DNA of 64,000 nucleotides from the IMG/VR virus record IMGVR_UViG_3300012209_000005, positions 32,001 to 96,000 of that record. The stretch is one strand, 5' to 3'. Below, piece after piece: positions 28,644 through 36,494 of this stretch. Below the pieces are notes generated by a model. That model was not told the origin of the DNA. It made no database searches and saw only the letters and a program-made list of their open reading frames with translations. Each line of letters opens with the position of its first letter. Position 1 is the first letter of the stretch. Made by a program: the position numbers and the translations under genes. This DNA comes from a virus.

Positions 28644-29378
28644 CTACATGGTGGTGAGCCTCTCGATGACCTGCGCCTTCGTGCCCTTGTCGGAGACGCC
28701 GCGGGTGCGGGCCATCTTCTTCAGGGTGGCGATGTGCAGGGTGCCGAGGGGCAGGGGGGGAAGCGCAGCTTCGCTACCCGGGGTCTCGATGACGCCACCC
28801 TCGTTTTCAGGAAGGGGCAGGGACAGGTCTTCGGCAGCGCCGATCGCGGCAGCCGTATCCCGCTGCATCATGGGCATCCCGCATTCGCCGCAGAACTTGA
28901 CGCCCCCCGGGTTGTCGTGCCCGTTCGCGCAGATGGTGGTGCCCTTGATGATGCGCTGGTCGAAGTTCTGGCTGAGCAGCCAGAAAGCCTCGTCGGGGAT
29001 TTTCAGCCCCGCGGACTGCAGTGCCGCCAGCGCGGAAAGCTGCTGCAGCTGCTGGGAACCGCGCTCGGCGCGGACCTTGTTGACATGCTGCTCGTCCGGG
29101 GTCGCCGGGATGCCCTCGGGGGTACTCGACCAGTGCGGGTCGGAGTCCGCGACATGCTCCATGCGCGAGGGGATGCCCTGGTCCTTGTCCCCGGGGATCA
29201 CCTTGATGATCCGGGGCTTCCCGTCACCGCGCAGGTACGATTCGCAGGGGTCGCAATCCAGTTTCCAGACTTTCGCCGGGGCTCCCCGGGTCACGGGTCG
29301 GGAGTGGACATTGCCACACCCTCCGCTCCCCCCGGGAATGGAAACGCTCATCAGGTCTGAGCGTGCGTACAGGGACAT
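28644..29378 (-). CDS. zinc-ribbon and SAP-like domain protein
   Basis: CANGH..FCGECG; LHIATLKKMARTRGVSDKGTKAQVIERL. Confidence 0.7.
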   Translation of the reverse strand: MSLYARSDLMSVSIPGGSGGCGNVHSRPVTRGAPAKVWKLDCDPCESYLRGDGKPRIIKVIPGDKDQGIPSRMEHVADSDPHWSSTPEGIPATPDEQHVNKVRAERGSQQLQQLSALAALQSAGLKIPDEAFWLLSQNFDQRIIKGTTICANGHDNPGGVKFCGECGMPMMQRDTAAAIGAAEDLSLPLPENEGGVIETPGSEAALPPLPLGTLHIATLKKMARTRGVSDKGTKAQVIERLTTM

Positions 29379-29493
29379 GCGCTTCTCCTTGCTGATTTGC
29401 CCCCGGCGACCGCCGGGAGGTAGACTGGGGAATCCGCTGGTTACTCACACTCGCTGGCGGAAAGCCCGGGGTGATCGTTCCGCCACTTTCCGG

Positions 29494-29844
29494 TCACTCC
29501 GGGCTGCTCATCACGGTGGCGAACTCCGGGAACATGTCCTCCATGGTGACCTGGCGGGATTCCATCTCGGACTCCAGCACGGTCTGCGCTCCGCAGCACT
29601 CGCGCTTCCACGGGTGCCACAGCTTGTTGCAGGTCACGCACCAGCGACCCTGCTTTTTAGGATCGCGGATGAACTGCTTCTCCGGGCCGGCGTCCACAAG
29701 CCCCGCGGACGCGTACTGCTGTGCCCGCAGCGCGGGAATGTGGCGCTCGTCCACGTCCACGTGCGTTCCCGGCTTCGCCATGTACCGGGTCCCGTCCTGC
29801 GCTTTGAAGCCGAGGCACCCGGGCGGCAGGTTCACTCTGGTCAT
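29494..29844 (-). CDS. hypothetical zinc-ribbon protein
   Basis: CVTC...ECCG. Confidence 0.65.
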   Translation of the reverse strand: MTRVNLPPGCLGFKAQDGTRYMAKPGTHVDVDERHIPALRAQQYASAGLVDAGPEKQFIRDPKKQGRWCVTCNKLWHPWKRECCGAQTVLESEMESRQVTMEDMFPEFATVMSSPE

Positions 29845-29857
29845 CTGTCCCCTATCC

Positions 29858-30139
29858 TCAGTTCGTCGAGCTGACGAAGTAGCAGAAGGTGGCGGCGGTG
29901 GCGTTGCCGGTGGTGGCGTAGTAGGTGACCCCCCCGCTGCCTACCGCTGTTTCAGTGAACACCGGGGTAGCGGTGACAGGCAGCCCGCTGGTCGCGGTCA
30001 CCCGGGCATTGGTCCCCACGAACACGGGCTGGGCCTGGCTCGGCTGGTAGAGGGTCACGTTGCAGTAGCCCGGGGGGACAGTGAACCCGGGAACCGTGCT
30101 ATTGCCCGGGACCGTCACCGTGCCCATGATGTAGGACAC
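29858..30139 (-). CDS. small beta-rich virion protein (paralog family)
   Basis: Clearly similar to the neighbouring ORF: YIMG..TVP...FTVP.G.CNVT.Y..VFVGT. Confidence 0.7.
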   Translation of the reverse strand: MSYIMGTVTVPGNSTVPGFTVPPGYCNVTLYQPSQAQPVFVGTNARVTATSGLPVTATPVFTETAVGSGGVTYYATTGNATAATFCYFVSSTN

Positions 30140-30140
30140 A

Positions 30141-30422
30141 TCAGGCCTGGGCGGTGACGATGATGAAGTTGACGGACGCGGGCGTCGCCGCCGTGTTAGC
30201 CCCCCAGAAAGTCCCGCCCGAGCTGGACACGTAATTGACGAAGCTCGTCGGGATCGAATGGCACTGCAGCCCAGAAACCGCGCTCACCTTGTTGCTGGTC
30301 CCGACGAAGACGGTCGGCACGGACAAGCTGTAAAAGGTCACGTTGCACAGCCCCGACGGGACGGTGAACAGCGGCACCGTGCTCGTAGTAGGCACAGTCG
30401 CCTGCCCCATCACATAAGTCAC
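30141..30422 (-). CDS. small beta-rich virion protein (paralog family)
   Basis: Tandem paralog of 29858-30139. Confidence 0.7.
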   Translation of the reverse strand: MTYVMGQATVPTTSTVPLFTVPSGLCNVTFYSLSVPTVFVGTSNKVSAVSGLQCHSIPTSFVNYVSSSGGTFWGANTAATPASVNFIIVTAQA

Positions 30423-30431
30423 ACGCCTCCG

Positions 30432-31145
30432 TTAAAACTGCTCGCGGACCCACCGGGCATCCGCATTGAACTCCCGGCGCAGCCGGGACACCTGCATGGG
30501 CATGATCACCTTGTGCCAGTACTGCCAGGCCTGGTAGTCGGACTGGCCCCAGGTGCTCTCCGCGTACCGGTACGTCTGGTCCCGCTCCACGTTCTTGTTC
30601 ACCTGGTAGTGCAGGTGCTCGAAAACCACGTCATCGTAGAAGCGGAAAAGCCCGGGGATGGCGCGCCTGCCCAGCTCCGCCCACACGTTGTCCACGTAAT
30701 AGTGGTCCATGGTGGGCTCCATGAAATGCCCGAGCGCGGTGACGATATCGGAGGATATGATGATGCTCTCCGGGATGTCCGTGCGGCGCTTATCGTCCCC
30801 GTAGATCATTCCCGTGCCGCCCATGGCCTCCAGCCGGGAGAGCATGATCGTATCCCAGTGCGGGGTGGTGAACAGGTGGTCGTCCCCGATGTACATGAGC
30901 GCGTCGTAAGCCCCGGCCATCGCCGCCGCCAGGTGGTTGACTTTCTCGCGCACGCACCCCGGGGGGTCGAGCACCGGGTGCAGCGCATCCCCCCAGTCCA
31001 TGCCCGCGTACGTGTCCTCGTCATCGGAGTCGAGGATGAAAGCGTGATCCGCCGAGTCCGTGTTCTCGCGGAAAGACTTGGCCATCCGCTCGCAGTTCTC
31101 GCGCCGCCACCTCGTCGGGGTCATGACCAGCAGGGAAAGAGTCAT
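30432..31145 (-). CDS. GT2-like (GT-A) glycosyltransferase
   Basis: LLVMTPTRWR, LDSDD, YIGDDH, HYYVDN, FEHLHY. Confidence 0.85.
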   Translation of the reverse strand: MTLSLLVMTPTRWRRENCERMAKSFRENTDSADHAFILDSDDEDTYAGMDWGDALHPVLDPPGCVREKVNHLAAAMAGAYDALMYIGDDHLFTTPHWDTIMLSRLEAMGGTGMIYGDDKRRTDIPESIIISSDIVTALGHFMEPTMDHYYVDNVWAELGRRAIPGLFRFYDDVVFEHLHYQVNKNVERDQTYRYAESTWGQSDYQAWQYWHKVIMPMQVSRLRREFNADARWVREQF

Positions 31146-31981
31146 TGCAGTTGCAGTCCTTTCCTGATTCCCTCTTCGAGCGTGATCGCGGGAGAGTAGA
31201 ACTCCCGCAGCCTTCCCGGGTTCCCCACCCGCCAGGCGAGCCCCTCGGGCCTGCCTTGCAGGCATTCGGTTCCCGGGGAGTAGCCTGCTTCCGCCGCCAT
31301 CATCGTGATAAGCTCCCGCAGGCTCACCGGGCGCCCGGTGCACATGTTGACGGGGCCGTCCACGCCCGCGCCTGCCATCGCGAGAATCGCGGCAGCCACG
31401 TCATCGACATGGATGAAGTCGCGCACCTGGCTCCCGGACCCCCAGATGGTCACCGGGTCCCTGCGCTGGCGGACTTGCATCGCGATGTTGGCGAACGGGA
31501 ACACCAGCTTCTGCCCCTCCCCGTACACGGTGAAAGGACGGGGAACCGACACCGGGACAGACGACCGTGAGGCCAGCATTTCCCCGGTGAGCTTAGCCCA
31601 CCCGTAAAGCTCGTCCGGAGCCCAGGTATCCGTCAGGTCTATATCGTTCTCGCAAAGGGCATACGGGGCTCTCTGGAGCCCTACGGGGTATGCTGCGACC
31701 GAGGAGACGTAGACGATCCTGCCCGGACGGGTGCGCTCCGCCCAGCCGAAGAGCGCCGCGTCGATTTCCAGGTTCTCCGCGTGAGCCATCGGGGACTCGA
31801 TGAGGACGCGCCCCCCGACCACGGCGGCGCAGTGAATCACCAGGTCGAAGCGGGTCCTGTCCTGGCGGAAGAAATCCCGGGCGTCACGGGCATGGTCAAC
31901 CCCGGTGACGTCGCAGTCAGCCAGCCGCCCGAGTACCCGGGTGGCGATGAAACCGGCGCTGCCGGTGACGAGGACCCTCAT
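31142..31981 (-). CDS. NAD-dependent nucleotide-sugar epimerase/dehydratase
   Basis: TGSAGFI, SS, YGWAK (YxxxK), RDFIHVDD. Confidence 0.92.
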   Translation of the reverse strand: MRVLVTGSAGFIATRVLGRLADCDVTGVDHARDARDFFRQDRTRFDLVIHCAAVVGGRVLIESPMAHAENLEIDAALFGWAERTRPGRIVYVSSVAAYPVGLQRAPYALCENDIDLTDTWAPDELYGWAKLTGEMLASRSSVPVSVPRPFTVYGEGQKLVFPFANIAMQVRQRRDPVTIWGSGSQVRDFIHVDDVAAAILAMAGAGVDGPVNMCTGRPVSLRELITMMAAEAGYSPGTECLQGRPEGLAWRVGNPGRLREFYSPAITLEEGIRKGLQLQ

Positions 31982-32892
31982 GCCCGAAGCGCAGCTTCAG
32001 CGAAAAGCTTGCGGTAGTAGCCGACGGTGACTGCCAGCCCGTCCTCCAGGCTGCGCATCTCATCCGCCGCGACCCCCGGCACCAGCCGGGCGGTATCAGC
32101 GAGCACCTCCGAGCCCGGGGTCTCACCCGGGCGCATCGGCAGGTACTCGATATCCGGGGTGATCCCGACCTGCCTCATCACCTCCACCCGGACCATGGAC
32201 GCGATATCAGCGACAGTGGTGGCGCGTCCCGTGCCCGCGTTATACAGCGTCCCGTCCGCCGGGCCGTTCTCCAGGGCGGTCACCAGGCACCGCGCCACGT
32301 CAGCGACGTAGATCATGTCCATGACCTGGCTCCCGTCCCCGTACACACCGATGGGCTCGCCGTGCAGGGCCCTGGCGATGAAGGAGGGGATGATCTTGCG
32401 CACCCGGGAGGTGCCCCATGGCTGGGCGACCGACTGGCCCGGACCGTAGGCGTTGAAAGCCCTGACGCTGCAGACTGGGAGGTCCCGGTATCTCGCGTAC
32501 ATGACGGTGAAGCGCTCGACGCACGTCTTGGAAATCGAGTATGTCGAGTACTCGAAGTGGTTGCCGACCGCGATATTCACCAGCGGCGTCCGGTACCGGG
32601 CGCAGGCCTCGCAGATGTTCAGCCCGCCGCCGATATTCACCTCCGCCGCGGGGCGGGGGTTGGCGATCGTCTCCTGGGTGCCCAGGACGCCGGCCAGGTG
32701 GATCACCGCGTCCACGTGGACGACCGCCTCGGTGACGGCGGTGGCATCCCGGATGTCCCCGAGGATAATCTCCTCACCGGAGTCGGGGTCGCGGTGCCTG
32801 TCGAATATCACGGCCCGGTGCCCGCGGGCCCGGAGTTCGCGGACGGTCGCGGACCCTATGAAGCCCGCCCCCCCGGTGACCAGGACTTTCAC
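31978..32892 (-). CDS. NAD-dependent nucleotide-sugar epimerase/dehydratase
   Basis: TGGAGFIG, HLAG, YSISK, FNAYGPGQ. Confidence 0.92.
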   Translation of the reverse strand: MKVLVTGGAGFIGSATVRELRARGHRAVIFDRHRDPDSGEEIILGDIRDATAVTEAVVHVDAVIHLAGVLGTQETIANPRPAAEVNIGGGLNICEACARYRTPLVNIAVGNHFEYSTYSISKTCVERFTVMYARYRDLPVCSVRAFNAYGPGQSVAQPWGTSRVRKIIPSFIARALHGEPIGVYGDGSQVMDMIYVADVARCLVTALENGPADGTLYNAGTGRATTVADIASMVRVEVMRQVGITPDIEYLPMRPGETPGSEVLADTARLVPGVAADEMRSLEDGLAVTVGYYRKLFAEAALRA

Positions 32893-33007
32893 GGGGCATC
32901 GTGCTTCGCGCAATACGGGAAGTTCTTTCCCGTGCACTTGTACTGGCTGCACGTGTCATCCCTGCGGGCCTTATCGACCCACTCCCGGATTTTCCTCTTC
33001 CGTGATT

Positions 33008-33544
33008 TCATGCCGCCTTCTTCCGGAGGATAGCCATCCCGTACCGGCAGGTGACGCTCTCGCAGTCGCTGTCATCGGTCAGCAGCGTCAGGAAGTGCTG
33101 CACCGTCTCCAGCATCACCGGATCGTAGGAGCCGTCGATGTATCGCTCGATCCCGATGAACCAGTCCTCGACGACGTAATAGCCCCCGGGGGCGACGCGG
33201 GACCACAGGAGATCAAAAGTCTCGCGGGTCAGCTTCCCGTCATGAGAAGCATCATCCACGATGAGGTCAAATGGTCCCAGCTCCGCCAGCCGGGGGCTGG
33301 TCTGGGACGCGATAATCCTCCTCGTCCCTGCCGGAAAGGTGGCATCAGAGCTGATGTCAACCCCGGTGATATCCCCGAGCGGGAACAGGGACTGCCACAT
33401 CCGCAGCGACTCCCCGTTTTCCACCCCGATCTCCAGGACCCGGACCCTGGGACCGAGAACTGACGCGAGCTTCACGTACGAGGGGAAGTAACCGTGCCGG
33501 TATATCTTGTCCGTGTTGAAATACGATTTCACCGCGCCTGCCAA
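33008..33544 (-). CDS. class I SAM methyltransferase, sugar O-methyltransferase-like
   Basis: TDK..HGY, VLEIGV, FDLIVDDASH, GGYYVVED. Confidence 0.85.
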   Translation of the reverse strand: MAGAVKSYFNTDKIYRHGYFPSYVKLASVLGPRVRVLEIGVENGESLRMWQSLFPLGDITGVDISSDATFPAGTRRIIASQTSPRLAELGPFDLIVDDASHDGKLTRETFDLLWSRVAPGGYYVVEDWFIGIERYIDGSYDPVMLETVQHFLTLLTDDSDCESVTCRYGMAILRKKAA

Positions 33545-33594
33545 GCTGGTTCCCGGTTAAGTGGTAATGCCAGGAACCAGCTTACAGGATTGCA

Positions 33595-34098
33595 TCAGAG
33601 CACGCCGGCGGAAATCGTCAAAGGGGTTGCGGCCGGCGTCACGGTAGCCACCGTGGCACTTGCCGCGTGATCGTAGACAATCGGGGTCCCGGTGGTAACC
33701 ACCGTGTTGCTGGCCACCGACGAGGCAAGCACGTATTCCACGCCCGTGCTATTGCCGACGCGCAGGTACGTGCCGGCGGTCACCGCGGCTGCCACCGTGA
33801 AGCTGGTTGCGCCCGCCGCGACCGCAGCCGCGGTCAGGGTGGTAGTGGCGATAACGCCGCTGACCCCGGAGCAGGCGTACAGGTTGACATTCGCGGTCTG
33901 CAAGTCCACCGGGCGGTTCCCGGGAGCGAGCGGCAGCCCGTTACCCGGGCTGACGCCAGGGCCGCCGATGTAGGCAGTGCTGGATCCCAGGTTAACGAAC
34001 CGGCACGATGCGGCAGCCCCGGGCGTGGGCGTGAACACCAGCAGCGGAGCCGGGGTCGCGACGACATTATTCGGGACGCCAGGGCCAAGGTTGGGCAT
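33595..34098 (-). CDS. beta-rich virion/decoration protein (paralog family, with insertion)
   Basis: NLGSSTAYIGG..V...NGLPLAPG motif. Confidence 0.65.
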   Translation of the reverse strand: MPNLGPGVPNNVVATPAPLLVFTPTPGAAASCRFVNLGSSTAYIGGPGVSPGNGLPLAPGNRPVDLQTANVNLYACSGVSGVIATTTLTAAAVAAGATSFTVAAAVTAGTYLRVGNSTGVEYVLASSVASNTVVTTGTPIVYDHAASATVATVTPAATPLTISAGVL

Positions 34099-34141
34099 AA
34101 GTTCTCCTTAAAGTGAAGAATCTCTTCAGTCGGCGGAGAAC

Positions 34142-34465
34142 TCAGACGTACGCGACGTTGAGCGCGTAGCCGACGGAAGCAGAGCCCGCGACCCCGCCCT
34201 GGGTTGCGCCCCAGAGGATCGCGCCGCCCGGGACCTGGCACTGGGTGAGGATCACCGAGCCGCCGGTCGGGACCACGAAGCTGCTCGTGGTGGCAGCAGA
34301 GGTCGCGCCCGTGCCCAGCGAGAAGAACGCGGTCGCGGTTCCGGAGTTGGTCACGACGAGATCCCTGACGTAGGCATACGTAGCCGAAGTGTTCGCAGGG
34401 ACCGTGTACAGCGAGGTGGTGGTGCTGAAAGGCGTGGTGACTACCCACTGGGCGTTAATCGCCAC
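34142..34465 (-). CDS. small beta-rich virion/decoration protein (paralog family)
   Basis: YVRDLVVTNSG.AT.F; directly after the capsid gene. Confidence 0.65.
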   Translation of the reverse strand: MAINAQWVVTTPFSTTTSLYTVPANTSATYAYVRDLVVTNSGTATAFFSLGTGATSAATTSSFVVPTGGSVILTQCQVPGGAILWGATQGGVAGSASVGYALNVAYV

Positions 34466-34511
34466 ATGTCTCCTTTGTATTTCTTGGTATTTGCGGCGAC
34501 GCCGCCGTGAT

Positions 34512-34546
34512 CCGAAGGAGGGCCCGGAAGGGCCCTCCTTCGTTCG
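34512..34546. terminator. hairpin after the major capsid gene
   Basis: CGAAGGAGGGCCC-GGAA-GGGCCCTCCTTCG perfect stem. Confidence 0.7.
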
Positions 34547-34547
34547 G

Positions 34548-36464
34548 TCAGCTGAACGGCGTGATGTCGCTGACCTGAAGTCCCTGCAGAATCCCGCTGT
34601 ACATGGGGGCGTGCGCCACCATCGCGCCGAGCAGGAAGATGGAGTACCGGAAGGTCGCGTCGATGACCGGCCATGCCACGCTGATGTAGTCCTGCACCAC
34701 GGTCATCTCCCACGCGTTGTCCACGTGGCTCCAGGTCTGGGGCAGCTGGTAGCTCATGAGAAGCGCGGTGCCCTGGGACATCCAGGGGTGCACGGTCAGC
34801 TTCACGGTGCTGCGGGTCACCGGGTTGACGAACTCGGCGACAGCGGCACCCGCGCGGATCCCGGAGATCTGGTCCTGCTGGATGTTCAGCAGGTAGTTGA
34901 GGCTGTTACCCTGCAGCAGCATGTCGTTGGCGAGACGCATCAGGTCACCGCCGTCGGCGACGATCTCCGACGGGTCCGCCTTGTACACGCCGGGGGCGAC
35001 GTTGTTCAGCCCGTTGTTCTCCCACAGCGCATCGAGCGCGGTGAAAATCGCGTTCGTGCTCAGGTGGGTGCCGACGCCCTGGTTGACGTAGCCGCCCTTC
35101 CAGGCGTTGCTCCCGGTGAAGCCCACGTTCGCGTACGGGCCGGAGCCCTGCGCGGACAGCCCGGCCAGAGTGGGGATCAGGCCTTCCATGCGGTTGCCGC
35201 CGCCGGTCCCGGTGTCAGCGGCAGGCGGGGCGACCGCCGACGCCAGGGGACCCTGGATGGTGAAGCGGATGCCGCCGACCGCGTTCGCGGTCTGCACGCC
35301 GGCGCTGGTGACCCCGGCCTGGACAGTGGTCCCCGCCTGGAGGAAGGCGGTAGCCACGGACACGGTGGCGTTCGTGCTGACGTAGATGTTGTACTGCTGG
35401 GCCCCGGGCACCGGGTTGATGGTGACATCGGCGACAACCCCGCTCGTGCGGGACGTGGTGATATCCGTGGAAATCGCGGAGCCGACGGTCTCGCCGAAGA
35501 AGTTCAGCGCGGTCACCGACACCGCGAAGTGCCCGGCGGTGCCGCCGCTGATCGCCGTCTCGTTGGAGCCCGGGGTGCGGAAGGCCGCGGTCACCTGGCC
35601 GGGAACCGGGAGGTTCTGGCTGGAGCCGGCCATCATCTGGTACTCCTCGCCGAGCATCATCTCCTGCAGCAGGACCAGGTTGGCAAGCGCGGAAACATCC
35701 TCGAACCCCTGCCCCTCGAACTGCGCGAGCCACGACAGCGACTCGGTGAGGCCGAAGAACCGGTAGGGGACGGAGAGCTTGAACTCGGTCTGCTTGCCCG
35801 TCTGGGGCAGCTGCAGCGGCCAGTTACCCGAGGTGCTCTGGGTGAGGGAGCCGCTGCCGACAAGCTCGGGCATGGAGATGTCCACGATGCCCTGGCCCCC
35901 GGTCTGCGACCCGGAGATCCCCAGCAGCCCGTACACCTGGCGTGCCGCGCCCTGCCCGGCGGGACGGGGGAACTTGTTGCGGAACAGGGTGTACACCGGG
36001 TAGATCAGGCGGGACGGGGCGAGCAGGTCGAAGGGGACCAGCCCGTAGGGGACCCCGTTGAGCCCCAGGTTGCCGGCGGTGAAGCTCTTGTTCAGCTGGG
36101 CGCTCTGGTTCAGCTGGTAGGACAGCGGCGCGAAGCTGCGGTGCTGCCGGAAGTCGGTGGCCAGCGAGCCGAGCACCGCGTCGGTGTCGCGGACGCCCCG
36201 CATGGTGGCGGTGCGCACGTCAAGCGCCGCCTGGGTCGCCTTCGTCAGGATCTCGCCGGAGTGCTGCCCCTCGGACAGGGGGACGCCGTTGTTGGTCACG
36301 TGACCGACGCCCTTCACCAGGTCCTTGGCCTTGGTGGTGAAAAGGGCCTCGTAGTCGGACCTGCGCGCTGCCGCCCCCATCTGGGCGTTCACCGCGCCGA
36401 CAGGCGCGCCCGCGCCCATCGCCGGAGCGTTAAGCTCCTCGTCGGCAGTCAGAATATCTGCCAT
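34548..36464 (-). CDS. major capsid protein with inserted FN3/Ig-like domain
   Basis: Follows protease/scaffold; PFDL..P..IYPV.T..RN..PR..G.G motif; strong codon bias; followed by a hairpin. Confidence 0.85.
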   Translation of the reverse strand: MADILTADEELNAPAMGAGAPVGAVNAQMGAAARRSDYEALFTTKAKDLVKGVGHVTNNGVPLSEGQHSGEILTKATQAALDVRTATMRGVRDTDAVLGSLATDFRQHRSFAPLSYQLNQSAQLNKSFTAGNLGLNGVPYGLVPFDLLAPSRLIYPVYTLFRNKFPRPAGQGAARQVYGLLGISGSQTGGQGIVDISMPELVGSGSLTQSTSGNWPLQLPQTGKQTEFKLSVPYRFFGLTESLSWLAQFEGQGFEDVSALANLVLLQEMMLGEEYQMMAGSSQNLPVPGQVTAAFRTPGSNETAISGGTAGHFAVSVTALNFFGETVGSAISTDITTSRTSGVVADVTINPVPGAQQYNIYVSTNATVSVATAFLQAGTTVQAGVTSAGVQTANAVGGIRFTIQGPLASAVAPPAADTGTGGGNRMEGLIPTLAGLSAQGSGPYANVGFTGSNAWKGGYVNQGVGTHLSTNAIFTALDALWENNGLNNVAPGVYKADPSEIVADGGDLMRLANDMLLQGNSLNYLLNIQQDQISGIRAGAAVAEFVNPVTRSTVKLTVHPWMSQGTALLMSYQLPQTWSHVDNAWEMTVVQDYISVAWPVIDATFRYSIFLLGAMVAHAPMYSGILQGLQVSDITPFS

Positions 36465-36494
36465 ACATCTCCTTTGCAGGAAAGAAAAGTTCTC

